In this document: piece by piece, positions 27,928 through 37,579 of the stretch
Layout of the letters: each line of letters opens with the position of its first letter
Position numbering within the stretch: position 1 is the stretch's first letter
DNA from: a virus
Lineage: Duplodnaviria > Caudoviricetes
IMG/VR virus record: IMGVR_UViG_3300031992_000018
Span: 96,001 to 160,000 of that record
Length of the DNA: 64,000 bases
Reading direction: 5' to 3' (one strand)
Program-made: the position numbers and the translations under genes
Notes under the pieces: generated by a model
Database searches by the model: none
What the model was told of the DNA's origin: nothing
What the model saw: only the letters and a program-made list of their open reading frames with translations

Positions 27928-30900
27928 ATGAGTAAAAGAAAAGATCTTAAAAAGATTATGGTCATAGGTAGTGGTCCAATTGTAATTGGTCAAGCTGCCG
28001 AATTTGATTATGCTGGTACACAAGCATGTCTTGCACTTAAAGAAGAAGGATATGAAGTTATTCTTGTAAATTCTAATCCAGCAACAATTATGACAGATAC
28101 TAATATTGCTGATAAGGTTTATATGGAACCTTTGACTTTTGATTATGTATCTAAAATTATTTATAAAGAACGTCCAGATGGTATTGTACCAGGTCTTGGT
28201 GGTCAGACAGGATTAAATCTTGTAACAGAACTTTCACAAAAAGGTGTTCTTGATGAATGTGGTGTAGAAGTTCTTGGTACATCATTTGAAAGTATAAATA
28301 TTGCTGAAGACAGAGAAAAATTTAAAAACTTTTGTATTGATAATAATATTCCTGTAATTCCTTCGGAGATTGTACATGATATTCAAGGTGCTATTAATGC
28401 AGCATCTTCAATTGGATATCCTGTTGTTCTTCGTCCAGCATTCACTCTTGGTGGAACAGGTGGTGGATTTGCTTATAATGAAGATGAATTAAAGGAACAT
28501 ATGATAAATGCTCTTAATCTTTCACCTATTCATCAGGTACTTATAGAAAAGAGTGTAAAAGGTTATCGTGAGATTGAATTTGAAGTAATGAGAGATAACA
28601 ATAACAATGCTATATGTATTTGTGGAATGGAAAATGTTGATCCTGTTGGAATTCATACAGGTGATTCAATTGTTGTTGCTCCATGTATAACAGTTTGTAA
28701 AAATGATTATGAAAGGTTAAAAAATGATGCTTTAAAGATTATTAAGAAATTACAAATTGCTGGTGGATGTAATGTACAGTTTGCTCTTTCTCAAGAAGAT
28801 GAAGATAAATATTATATTATTGAAATTAATCCTCGTGTATCTCGTTCATCAGCTCTTGCATCAAAAGCATCTGGTTATCCTATTGCAAGAGTAACTGCTA
28901 AGATTGCTGTTGGTTATAATCTTAATGAAATAAATCTTGATGATCATACAGCATTGTTTGAACCTTGTCTTGATTATATAATTGCTAAATTCCCAAGATT
29001 TCCATTTGATAAATTTGAAGAAGCTAAAGATGAACTTTCAACTCAGATGAAAGCAACTGGTGAAGTTATGTCAATTGGTAAAACTCTTGAAGAAGCTTTC
29101 TTAAAGGGTCTTAGAAGTCTTGAAACAAAAACATATCATTTATATAATTCTAAATTTGATCATTTTAAGAAACAAGAACTTATTGAATATATTTCAACTG
29201 ATGCATATGATAAGATTTTTGCTATAGCACAACTTCTTAGGATTGGTGTATCTGTAAAAGAAATATTTAATAAGACAATGATATGTGAAGATTTTTTAGT
29301 AGCATTTAGAAATATTGTTGAATTTGAAGAGAAGGTAGAACATTATGGCAAAGATGAAAATGCTGATTTTGGTGATATAATTTATAGAGCAAAGTTATTA
29401 GGTTTTTCTGATGAAGAAATAGCTCATCTTATAGATACAGATCCTTATGAAATTACTAAATATCGTTTAGATAATGGTTATGTACCAAAATATAGAATAG
29501 TTGATTGTTATTGTTATAGATATTCTATTGATATAAATGGTAAAGAATATGAACATAAGAGATCAATTCCTTATTTCTATTCAACATATAATGATCTTGT
29601 AGAAAATGAATCAGTAAGAAGTAATAAAAAGAAAATCATAGTTCTTGGTTCTGGTCCTATACGTATTGGTCAAGGTGTAGAATTTGACTATTCTACAGTA
29701 CATGCAATATGGGCTATCAAGAATATGGGTTATGAAGCTATTATCATTAATAACAATCCTGAAACAGTTTCAACAGACTACACTATTTCTGATAAACTTT
29801 ATTTTGAACCTCTTACTGTTGAGGATGTAATGAATGTAATTAATTTTGAAAAACCTGATGGAGTAATTGTATCTCTTGGTGGACAAACAGCAGTAAATCT
29901 TGCTAATCCTCTTTCTAAGTTCAATATTCCAATTATAGGTACTGGAATTGAAGCAATTAATAATGCTGAAGATAGAAAGATTTTTGAAAGCATTCTTGAA
30001 GAACTTAATATTCCTCAACCAAAAGCTATTGCTGTAACAAATATTGAAGATGGTTTAAAAGCTGCTAATGAAATTGGTTATCCAGTACTTGTTCGTCCAA
30101 GTTTTGTTCTTGGTGGTCGTGCAATGATGATTGTTGGTAATGATGATACTCTTAAGCATTATCTTGCTAATGCTGTTGCTCTTGATGAAAAATCTCCAGT
30201 TCTTATTGATAAATATATACAAGGTATTGAGTGTGAAGTAGATGCAATATGTGATGGAGAAACAGTACTTATTCCAGGTATAATGGAACATATTGAAAGA
30301 ACTGGTGTTCATTCTGGAGACTCTATAAGTATATATCCTTCAGTTAAATTAACTGATATAAATAAACAAAGGATTATTGAATATACAAAGAAACTTGGTG
30401 TAAGAATTGGTATTAAAGGATTATTTAATATTCAATATATTGCTAATGGTGATGATATTTATGTTATTGAGGTAAATCCAAGAAGTTCTAGAACAATTCC
30501 ATTCTTAAGTAAGTCTACTAATATTCCTATGGCAAAAATTGCTACAGAAATAATGTTAGGTAAGAAATTAGTTGATTATGGATATCCTGAATATATTCCT
30601 GAAAAGAATTCATATTTTATCAAAACTCCTGTATTTTCATTTAATAAACTTATAGGTGTTGAGTCATATTTGTCACCAGAGATGAAATCTACAGGTGAGG
30701 CGATAGGTATTGATAAAACTTTCACAAAAGCTCTCCAGAAGAGTTTGTGCGCCTCTGGATTAAAGATTAAAGACCATGGTACGATATTCGTAAGTGTATA
30801 TGATGATGATCGTGAAGAAGTATTACCTATTATAAAGAGATTTTATGATTTAGGATTTAATATTGAATCTATAAATGGTACAGCTACTTTCTTAAAAGAA

Positions 30901-31149
30901 CATGGTATACATACTAAGACTCTTAAGAATCTTTCATATTATGATCTTATTAGAAATGGACACTTTACATATATAATCAATAGGATTAATGTAAATCAGC
31001 ATTCATCTCATCTTGATGATTATGGTATTCGTCACGTTGCTACTGAATGTAATGTACCAGTATTTACATGTCTTGATACAGTAAATGCACTTCTTGATGT
31101 TATTGAAGATATAACATTAAACGTTAATGATATTACTAAATTCAATTAA
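27928..31149 (+). CDS. carB: Carbamoyl-phosphate synthase large subunit
   Basis: 1073 aa; IGSGPIVIGQAAEFDYAGTQA, duplicated ATP-grasp halves (EINPRVSRS, EVNPRSSRT), GSGPIRIGQGVEFDY, C-terminal MGS-like domain. Confidence 0.97.
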   Translation: MSKRKDLKKIMVIGSGPIVIGQAAEFDYAGTQACLALKEEGYEVILVNSNPATIMTDTNIADKVYMEPLTFDYVSKIIYKERPDGIVPGLGGQTGLNLVTELSQKGVLDECGVEVLGTSFESINIAEDREKFKNFCIDNNIPVIPSEIVHDIQGAINAASSIGYPVVLRPAFTLGGTGGGFAYNEDELKEHMINALNLSPIHQVLIEKSVKGYREIEFEVMRDNNNNAICICGMENVDPVGIHTGDSIVVAPCITVCKNDYERLKNDALKIIKKLQIAGGCNVQFALSQEDEDKYYIIEINPRVSRSSALASKASGYPIARVTAKIAVGYNLNEINLDDHTALFEPCLDYIIAKFPRFPFDKFEEAKDELSTQMKATGEVMSIGKTLEEAFLKGLRSLETKTYHLYNSKFDHFKKQELIEYISTDAYDKIFAIAQLLRIGVSVKEIFNKTMICEDFLVAFRNIVEFEEKVEHYGKDENADFGDIIYRAKLLGFSDEEIAHLIDTDPYEITKYRLDNGYVPKYRIVDCYCYRYSIDINGKEYEHKRSIPYFYSTYNDLVENESVRSNKKKIIVLGSGPIRIGQGVEFDYSTVHAIWAIKNMGYEAIIINNNPETVSTDYTISDKLYFEPLTVEDVMNVINFEKPDGVIVSLGGQTAVNLANPLSKFNIPIIGTGIEAINNAEDRKIFESILEELNIPQPKAIAVTNIEDGLKAANEIGYPVLVRPSFVLGGRAMMIVGNDDTLKHYLANAVALDEKSPVLIDKYIQGIECEVDAICDGETVLIPGIMEHIERTGVHSGDSISIYPSVKLTDINKQRIIEYTKKLGVRIGIKGLFNIQYIANGDDIYVIEVNPRSSRTIPFLSKSTNIPMAKIATEIMLGKKLVDYGYPEYIPEKNSYFIKTPVFSFNKLIGVESYLSPEMKSTGEAIGIDKTFTKALQKSLCASGLKIKDHGTIFVSVYDDDREEVLPIIKRFYDLGFNIESINGTATFLKEHGIHTKTLKNLSYYDLIRNGHFTYIINRINVNQHSSHLDDYGIRHVATECNVPVFTCLDTVNALLDVIEDITLNVNDITKFN

Positions 31150-31192
31150 TAAAAATTACTATATTAAATAAAATTAAAATAATTTATATAAT

Positions 31193-32971
31193 ATGAAGAG
31201 TTTACTTTTAACACTTGGACATAATTCATCCGCAATTTTTGTAGAAGATGGTAAAACACCTATTGGTTATGAAGAAGAAAGATTAACAGGTATTAAATCT
31301 GATTCACAGTTTCCTACTGATGCAATTCATGAAATTGCTAGAAATGTAGGTATTAAGAATATGAAAGGTTGTAAGATATTTATTTCACATTGGTTTGATT
31401 TTATTCCTAATGTAATACCTAATAAATATATTACTCAGACTGATATTGACAATCTTAAAGAAATTTCTGATGATATTACCTTTGTATCTCCAGAATTTAC
31501 ACATCATGATGCTCATGCTTATGCTGGTAAGAGTTTCTTTGATTATCATTTCTCAAAGTTAAATACTGATCCTTATTGTGATGTTTCTCTTAAACTTCAG
31601 CAGAATAAAGATATTTATGTTATTGTAGCTGATGGTTTTGGTAATAATGGTGAGGTTCTTTCAGTTTATAAAATTAATGATTATTTAAATAATAGATTTA
31701 GTAATCTTAATCTTGAACATAGAGTTTATGGATATAAGAATTCTATTGGTCTTATGTATCAGTATGCAACTTCTTATGTTGGTATGAAAGAAAATCAAGA
31801 TGAGTATAAATTCCTTGGATATGAAGCTCATATTGATGAATATCTTAATAAATATAAGATTGATATTCTTGATGCATATATCAAAGAACTTGTAAATACT
31901 CTTTGGGAAGGATTTGAAAGAGATACTAATACTAATGTATATAAAAAGTGTGAATATTTAATTAATTTTGATTCACTTAAAGAAACTAAAGAATATTTCC
32001 ATAATATCTTTAGAGAAGCATATGAGACAGTATGGAAAGCTGATGATAAAGCAAAATATTCAAAAGAAGATAATGAATTTATTCAGAGAAGTATTGTAGC
32101 ATATTATCTTCAGCAGACAGTAGAACAATTCTTTGGTAAGGTTGTTGAAAAGTTTAATATACAGAATGTAGTTGTAGTTGGTGGTTCATTCTATAATGTA
32201 AAACTTAATAATTATATTTTTGAACATACTAATGGTGTATATTGTGCAATGCCTCTTGCAGGTGACCAAGGTGCTGCTATAGGTCTTTATTACTATTATA
32301 CTGGTGAACAATTCAATTTTGAAACACTTTGTATTGGTAAGAGAAATTTCTATGGTGCTGAAAAGGTATTTAAGAAGAATTTCTATAGAGAAGCTACTGA
32401 TGAACTTGCAAAAGAAATAGCAAGAAAGATTGCTGATGGATATATTGTAGATCTTGTACATGGTTCTATGGAATTTGGTCCTCGTGCTCTTATGCATACA
32501 TCAAGTTTATTTATTCCTACAGTAGAGAATACTGCTCAGAATAATTCAAATAATCTTAGAAATGAAGTAATGCCTTGTGCGCCAGTTCTAACAAAAAAGA
32601 ATGCTGAATTTTTATTTGGTAAAGAAAGTATTAATCGTGTTGTTGGTAGTGATGAATTTATGATTCTTACACATACTTATAAGAGAGGATATTCAGAACT
32701 TTATGGTGGTGTAATGCATAAGATTGTCCTTAAAGATGGTTATTCTGGTCGTCCACAAATTGTAAGAGAAGGAACATTTGAAGAGAAGATTCTTAAATAT
32801 GTTGAAGAACTTGCAGATATTAAATGTCTTGTCAACACATCTTATAACAAGCATGGTACACCTATTCTTTATTCAATGAAGCAAATTAAAGATGACTACA
32901 ATTTCCAAGTTGAACATTCACAAATGAATGGTTACAAGAAGTCTCCTTTACTTTATGTAGTTGAAGATTAA
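31193..32971 (+). CDS. Carbamoyltransferase, NodU/CmcH family (putative 5-hydroxymethylcytosine carbamoyltransferase)
   Basis: EEERL..IK, HHDAHA, DGFG, EYKFLG, GDQGAAIG, EFGPRAL, NTSYN.HG.P. Confidence 0.92.
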   Translation: MKSLLLTLGHNSSAIFVEDGKTPIGYEEERLTGIKSDSQFPTDAIHEIARNVGIKNMKGCKIFISHWFDFIPNVIPNKYITQTDIDNLKEISDDITFVSPEFTHHDAHAYAGKSFFDYHFSKLNTDPYCDVSLKLQQNKDIYVIVADGFGNNGEVLSVYKINDYLNNRFSNLNLEHRVYGYKNSIGLMYQYATSYVGMKENQDEYKFLGYEAHIDEYLNKYKIDILDAYIKELVNTLWEGFERDTNTNVYKKCEYLINFDSLKETKEYFHNIFREAYETVWKADDKAKYSKEDNEFIQRSIVAYYLQQTVEQFFGKVVEKFNIQNVVVVGGSFYNVKLNNYIFEHTNGVYCAMPLAGDQGAAIGLYYYYTGEQFNFETLCIGKRNFYGAEKVFKKNFYREATDELAKEIARKIADGYIVDLVHGSMEFGPRALMHTSSLFIPTVENTAQNNSNNLRNEVMPCAPVLTKKNAEFLFGKESINRVVGSDEFMILTHTYKRGYSELYGGVMHKIVLKDGYSGRPQIVREGTFEEKILKYVEELADIKCLVNTSYNKHGTPILYSMKQIKDDYNFQVEHSQMNGYKKSPLLYVVED

Positions 32972-32975
32972 TTTA

Positions 32976-33008
32976 AAAAAGCCTCTAAATTATTAGAGGC
33001 TATTTTTC
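32976..33008 (+). terminator. Intrinsic terminator
   Basis: agcctctaa-a-ttattagaggct inverted repeat plus T-run. Confidence 0.65.
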
Positions 33009-33040
33009 TATATTAATATATATTAAATTATAGAATAGTT

Positions 33041-33673
33041 ATGAATTGTCCAAAGGTTTTAGTATTTACAGGTGGTTGTTATTCAGGTAAAACAACTTCA
33101 ATGCAAGTTATAAAAGAAATACTTGAAGAAAAAGGTAAAAATGTTATATTTCTTGATGAACTTATTCGTCGTCATAAGATAGGTTCTATTGATGAGATTC
33201 GTCGTGATCCTAATAAATATATGGAATTACAGAATGATATCATTAGAGGTAAAATGGATAGTGAAAAATATTCATATAAAAACTTTAATGAAAATACTGT
33301 TATTCTTGTTGATAGAAGTGTAACAGATTCATTGTTCTATTTAACATTTTATGTTGATAAGAATTCATTAGATATTGAACATCAAAAGCAATTTATAACT
33401 TTATTTAATGATTTAAATGATTATCTTGATACAGTATCAGATATATATACTTATATATTTGAATTTACTCCTTTAAAAGAAGTAATTGAAAATGATAATT
33501 TTAGACCACAAAATCTAAAAGATTTACAAAACATAGAATATAAAATGATTAAGAAATATAATCTTTTATATTTTCATAATCATAGTGGATATATGAGTAT
33601 TGATTTAAATAATGTATCTAAAGATAATATGAAAGAATATTGGAAAAATTTACTTGATTGGATGAATATATGA
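33041..33673 (+). CDS. P-loop nucleotide kinase-like protein (AAA_28/thymidylate kinase-like)
   Basis: TGGCYSGKTT, LVDRSVTDSLFY. Confidence 0.75.
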   Translation: MNCPKVLVFTGGCYSGKTTSMQVIKEILEEKGKNVIFLDELIRRHKIGSIDEIRRDPNKYMELQNDIIRGKMDSEKYSYKNFNENTVILVDRSVTDSLFYLTFYVDKNSLDIEHQKQFITLFNDLNDYLDTVSDIYTYIFEFTPLKEVIENDNFRPQNLKDLQNIEYKMIKKYNLLYFHNHSGYMSIDLNNVSKDNMKEYWKNLLDWMNI

Positions 33674-34446
33674 TATTTCCAGATATAGAATATTTACATT
33701 TAACTAATAATTGGAAAAGAATATTTGAAGATTTTAGTTATAAATGTGAAATATATAAAGATTATTATGAATGTTTAAACTATTCATATAAAATATCTCC
33801 AATGATTGATTATTGCATGAGTTATTTTACTAATCTATTTGATTTAGATAAAGCAAAAGCAATATATAATTGGTATAGAAATCATGATTCAAGAGATCAT
33901 TCTATTGAAGAATATTTTGATGAATATAAAAGATGTACAGATGAAACTCATTTAGATTTTAATTCTAATTATGGGTTATATGCTTATTCTCCAGAAGGTC
34001 TTGATAAATGTATAAAACGTCTTGGAGAAAATAATGATACTCGTCAAGCAATGTTTTGTATAAATAACAATGAAGCAATGTCTGATAGAAGTATAGATAA
34101 ACTTTGTACTAATACTGTTCAATTTTATATAAGAAGAAATAAATTAATTATGGTAGTACAAATGAGAGCAAGTAATATGATTACTCTTTTACCATATGAT
34201 TCATTTATGTTTTGTTATTGGTATTTTTATGTATTTAATAAATTATATAATGAATATGATTTAAAAAATCTTGAACTTAATTATATTTATATTAATGTAT
34301 CAAGTATTCATTACTATATAGATAATTTAGAAAAGATTAATAAGGATAATAAAGACGTTAAATTTATCAATGATTTATTTGATGATTATAAAGATCCTGA
34401 TTTTATAAATATATTTGATAAAAAGATAAATGGACAATACAGTTGA
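33658..34446 (+). CDS. Divergent thymidylate-synthase-fold / dCMP hydroxymethylase paralogue
   Basis: NSNYG, DTRQA, KLCTNTVQFYIR, QMRASN, LPYD, SSIHYY. Confidence 0.8.
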   Translation: MDEYMIFPDIEYLHLTNNWKRIFEDFSYKCEIYKDYYECLNYSYKISPMIDYCMSYFTNLFDLDKAKAIYNWYRNHDSRDHSIEEYFDEYKRCTDETHLDFNSNYGLYAYSPEGLDKCIKRLGENNDTRQAMFCINNNEAMSDRSIDKLCTNTVQFYIRRNKLIMVVQMRASNMITLLPYDSFMFCYWYFYVFNKLYNEYDLKNLELNYIYINVSSIHYYIDNLEKINKDNKDVKFINDLFDDYKDPDFINIFDKKINGQYS

Positions 34447-35137
34447 TATTTTAAATCAATTTAAAGAAAAGTATAAAAATGGTGAATTCAGATATATTAA
34501 TGGAACTACAAAAACAGTAGAAATTCAAAATGCACATTTTATATGTGATAAAGATTATATTTTAAGAGAACCAAATTATGAATATGCTAGAAGAGAGATT
34601 GCATGGTATGATACAATGTCTTTATATGTAAAAGATATTCCTGATAAGATACCAGTAATTTGGCAGAATGTTTCTGATATAAATGGTAAGATTAATTCAA
34701 ATTATGGTTGGTGTATTTATTCAGAAGAAAATGGTTCACAATATAAAAATTGTTTATATAATTTAATTCATGATACTTGTTCAAGACAAGCAGTAATGAT
34801 ATATACTAGACCATCAATGCATAATGATGCTAATAAAAACCATATGCATGATTTTATGTGTACATTTGCAACACAGTGTTTTTTAAACAAAGTTGAAGAT
34901 GGTTATTCTTTAAAGTATATAGTTTATCAAAGAAGTAGTGATGCTGTATTTGGTTTTAATAATGATCATCTTTGGCATAAAGAAGTACAAAAAAGATTAG
35001 CTGATGATTTAGAGAAAGAATTTAATAAAATAAAAAATGAAAGTGATGAACATATCCATGTACATTGTGAACCAATAGAATTTAATTGTGGATCAATTCA
35101 TGTTTATGAAAGACATTTTCAATATTTGGAGGATTAA
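34430..35137 (+). CDS. dCMP hydroxymethylase (T4 gp42-like)
   Basis: YARREIAWY, INSNYGW, DFMCT, QRSSDAVFGFNND (Asp at the dCMP-specificity position), GSIHVYERHF. Confidence 0.88.
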   Translation: MDNTVDILNQFKEKYKNGEFRYINGTTKTVEIQNAHFICDKDYILREPNYEYARREIAWYDTMSLYVKDIPDKIPVIWQNVSDINGKINSNYGWCIYSEENGSQYKNCLYNLIHDTCSRQAVMIYTRPSMHNDANKNHMHDFMCTFATQCFLNKVEDGYSLKYIVYQRSSDAVFGFNNDHLWHKEVQKRLADDLEKEFNKIKNESDEHIHVHCEPIEFNCGSIHVYERHFQYLED

Positions 35138-35140
35138 TTT

Positions 35141-35659
35141 ATGAGAAATTTTGATTATCAATATCTTAGAATTGCTAAAATTTGGAGTGAGAATTCTTAT
35201 TCAAGAAGAAATAAAGTAGGTGCTATTATAGTAAAAGATGGTATGATTATTTCTGATGGTTATAATGGTACACCAGCAGGATTTGATAATAATTGTGAAA
35301 ATGAAGTAAAATGTGATGTTGATTGGGATGAACTTATTTCTGCATTAGATAATGGATCTTCTGTATGTGCTGCATATAATAGAGATTGTAATAAATGTCC
35401 TCATCATTATCTTGTTACAAAACCAGAAGTACTTCATGCAGAAGCTAATGCTATTACAAAAGTAGCAAAATCTACTAATTCTTCAGATGGAAGTACATTA
35501 TATGTAACATTATCTCCTTGTATTGAATGTGCAAAACTTATTATTCAAGCAGGTATTAAAAGAGTTGTATATAATGATGTTTATAGAAATACTGACGGTC
35601 TTGAATTACTTAAGAAAGCAGGTATTGAATTAGTACAAATAAAAGATATAAATGATTAA
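35141..35659 (+). CDS. dCMP deaminase
   Basis: KVGAIIVKD, GYNGTP, HAEANAI, SPCIECAK. Confidence 0.93.
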   Translation: MRNFDYQYLRIAKIWSENSYSRRNKVGAIIVKDGMIISDGYNGTPAGFDNNCENEVKCDVDWDELISALDNGSSVCAAYNRDCNKCPHHYLVTKPEVLHAEANAITKVAKSTNSSDGSTLYVTLSPCIECAKLIIQAGIKRVVYNDVYRNTDGLELLKKAGIELVQIKDIND

Positions 35660-35661
35660 TT

Positions 35662-35844
35662 ATGTTAAGTAAAAATGATTTAATATTTTTAGGAGCATCT
35701 ATAATTATAGGAGCAGATGTAAATAGAAATGGTGTTCAATTTAGTACAAATAATAGTATATCAAAAGCTATTGAATTATCATCAAAATTATTTGATAATA
35801 TATTTAAAGATGATAATAGTAAAGATGAAATGATTTTAGAATAA
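35662..35844 (+). CDS. Small hypothetical protein
   Basis: 60-aa ORF in operon. Confidence 0.45.
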   Translation: MLSKNDLIFLGASIIIGADVNRNGVQFSTNNSISKAIELSSKLFDNIFKDDNSKDEMILE

Positions 35845-35885
35845 TTCTATATTAATATAATGTAACGTTTACAAAAAGAAAGAAT

Positions 35886-36989
35886 ATGATGAAGAAAATT
35901 TTAAGTATTATTATCGCATTTGTAATGATGATTACACTTGCAAATGCTCAGACGGTTGAACATTCACGTCTTTTTGAAAACACTTATGTAACCCTTGTCG
36001 GTGGTGGTATTACAACCCAGCATACAGGTGGTCAGACTTTCTTCTGGGCCGGAGCACAGAATATCGTTAATGGTATTCGTCCTTTTGCAGGTCTTGAGAT
36101 TGGAAAATATGTAACTCCTGTTGTTGGTTTTGGAATCGAAGGTCTTGCAATGTTTAATACTACTGGTTCAAATACTGTTGTTGATCAGTCAAATGTTGTA
36201 GGTAACTTGAAACTTAATCTTTCCAATTGGTTTGGAGGATATAAGGGAGAGCCTCGTAGAGTAGAGGTAGTTTTGGTTCCTGGACTTGGTTGGGGTCATG
36301 ATTATGGTAATGTTTATAATGATAGAAATTATTTAACTTATAATATTGGCGCAGAATTAAATATTAATCTTGGCAAGGCTCGTGCTTGGCAAATTAATGT
36401 TAAACCTGTTGTAATGTGGAACAATTATAATAATGTTCTTACTCCTAGACGTGCCAATATGCAAGGTAGAATTCAGTTTGGTTTAACATATAAGTTCGGT
36501 TCAAGAAGTAAGAAGAGCCATAACTTTGTTCTTTGTCCTTATAGTGTAACTGCAGCTGATTATGAAGCAGCACATGCAAGAATTGCTGAACTTGAAGCAA
36601 GAGAACCTAAGACTGTTGAAAAGGTTGTAGAAAAGGTAGTTGAGAAGCAGGTTATTATTGAAAAGGTTGTTTCTCATGATCCTGCACTTCAAACAGTTAT
36701 TACATTCAATATTGGAAGTACTAAGCTTTCAAGTGTTGAAAGAGCTAAGCTTGGTGTTCTTGCTAAGGTAGTTAGAGCTGATGAAAAAGTTTATCTTGTA
36801 GGTAGTGCTGATAGCGCTACTGGTACTGAAAAGAGAAATACAGAACTTGCAAATGGAAGAGCTAATACAGTTAAAGATATTCTTGTAAAGGAATATGGTA
36901 TTAGTGAAGACAGAATATTTATCAGAACAGCTTTTGATACAAATTCAGATGCTGAAGCAAGTAGAGCTGTTGTTATTACTCTTGAATAA
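35886..36989 (+). CDS. OmpA-family outer membrane protein (Bacteroidetes type)
   Basis: Signal peptide; beta-barrel ending GLTYKFG; NLSNWFGGY; C-terminal GSADSATG...N..LA..RA. Confidence 0.88.
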   Translation: MMKKILSIIIAFVMMITLANAQTVEHSRLFENTYVTLVGGGITTQHTGGQTFFWAGAQNIVNGIRPFAGLEIGKYVTPVVGFGIEGLAMFNTTGSNTVVDQSNVVGNLKLNLSNWFGGYKGEPRRVEVVLVPGLGWGHDYGNVYNDRNYLTYNIGAELNINLGKARAWQINVKPVVMWNNYNNVLTPRRANMQGRIQFGLTYKFGSRSKKSHNFVLCPYSVTAADYEAAHARIAELEAREPKTVEKVVEKVVEKQVIIEKVVSHDPALQTVITFNIGSTKLSSVERAKLGVLAKVVRADEKVYLVGSADSATGTEKRNTELANGRANTVKDILVKEYGISEDRIFIRTAFDTNSDAEASRAVVITLE

Positions 36990-37017
36990 AATAATTTAAT
37001 TTAAACGTTACAAAATT

Positions 37018-37047
37018 AAAGTCTCCTAAAATAAGGAGACTTTTTTT
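37018..37047 (+). terminator. Intrinsic terminator
   Basis: aaagtctcct...aggagacttt plus T-run. Confidence 0.75.
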
Positions 37048-37105
37048 ATTTTTAAATATATTAATAAGTAATTACTATATTAATATATAATATATTTTAA
37101 ATATT

Positions 37106-37552
37106 ATGGAACAAAAAAAAGTAGTACAAAAAGTTGTAAAGAAGTCAGTTAATAAAAATGAAAATAATTTATTAGATAAACTAAAAAAGAATTGGAAGAA
37201 TATATTACTTATTCTTTTAATAATTTTTAGTATGAGTAAATGTACAAGTTCTTGTTCAAGAGGAAGAGAAATTAATAGACTTAATGTTCAAATTGAACAA
37301 TTAGATTCTATAGTAGTTGCTAAAGGAATTGAATATGATAAACAAAGTATTGAATTACAAGGAGTAAAAACAAGTATAGATTCTTATAAAGGAATTGCTA
37401 CTGGTAATCAAAAAGAACTTGTTGATAAAGTTACTTCATTAACAGAAGAAAATAGAAACTTAACAAATAAAGTTAATTCATTAAATAAAGAAAATAAAAA
37501 ACTAAAAGAAAAAATTGATGAATTAGAAAAACAAAAAGAAGATATGAATTAA
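37106..37552 (+). CDS. Membrane-anchored coiled-coil protein (spanin-like architecture)
   Basis: One TM helix followed by a coiled coil. Confidence 0.5.
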   Translation: MEQKKVVQKVVKKSVNKNENNLLDKLKKNWKNILLILLIIFSMSKCTSSCSRGREINRLNVQIEQLDSIVVAKGIEYDKQSIELQGVKTSIDSYKGIATGNQKELVDKVTSLTEENRNLTNKVNSLNKENKKLKEKIDELEKQKEDMN

Positions 37553-37579
37553 TATCTTCTTTTTTTTATTTTTAAATAT

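Noticed and set aside
27928-31149. carB as evidence of a bacterial chromosome or contamination
   Set aside because: AT content, gene packing and promoter motifs match the flanking phage genes; no pyr or arg operon neighbours
33658-35137. Canonical thyA
   Set aside because: Both genes have Asp rather than Asn at the substrate-specificity position, and ThyX is present at 49069
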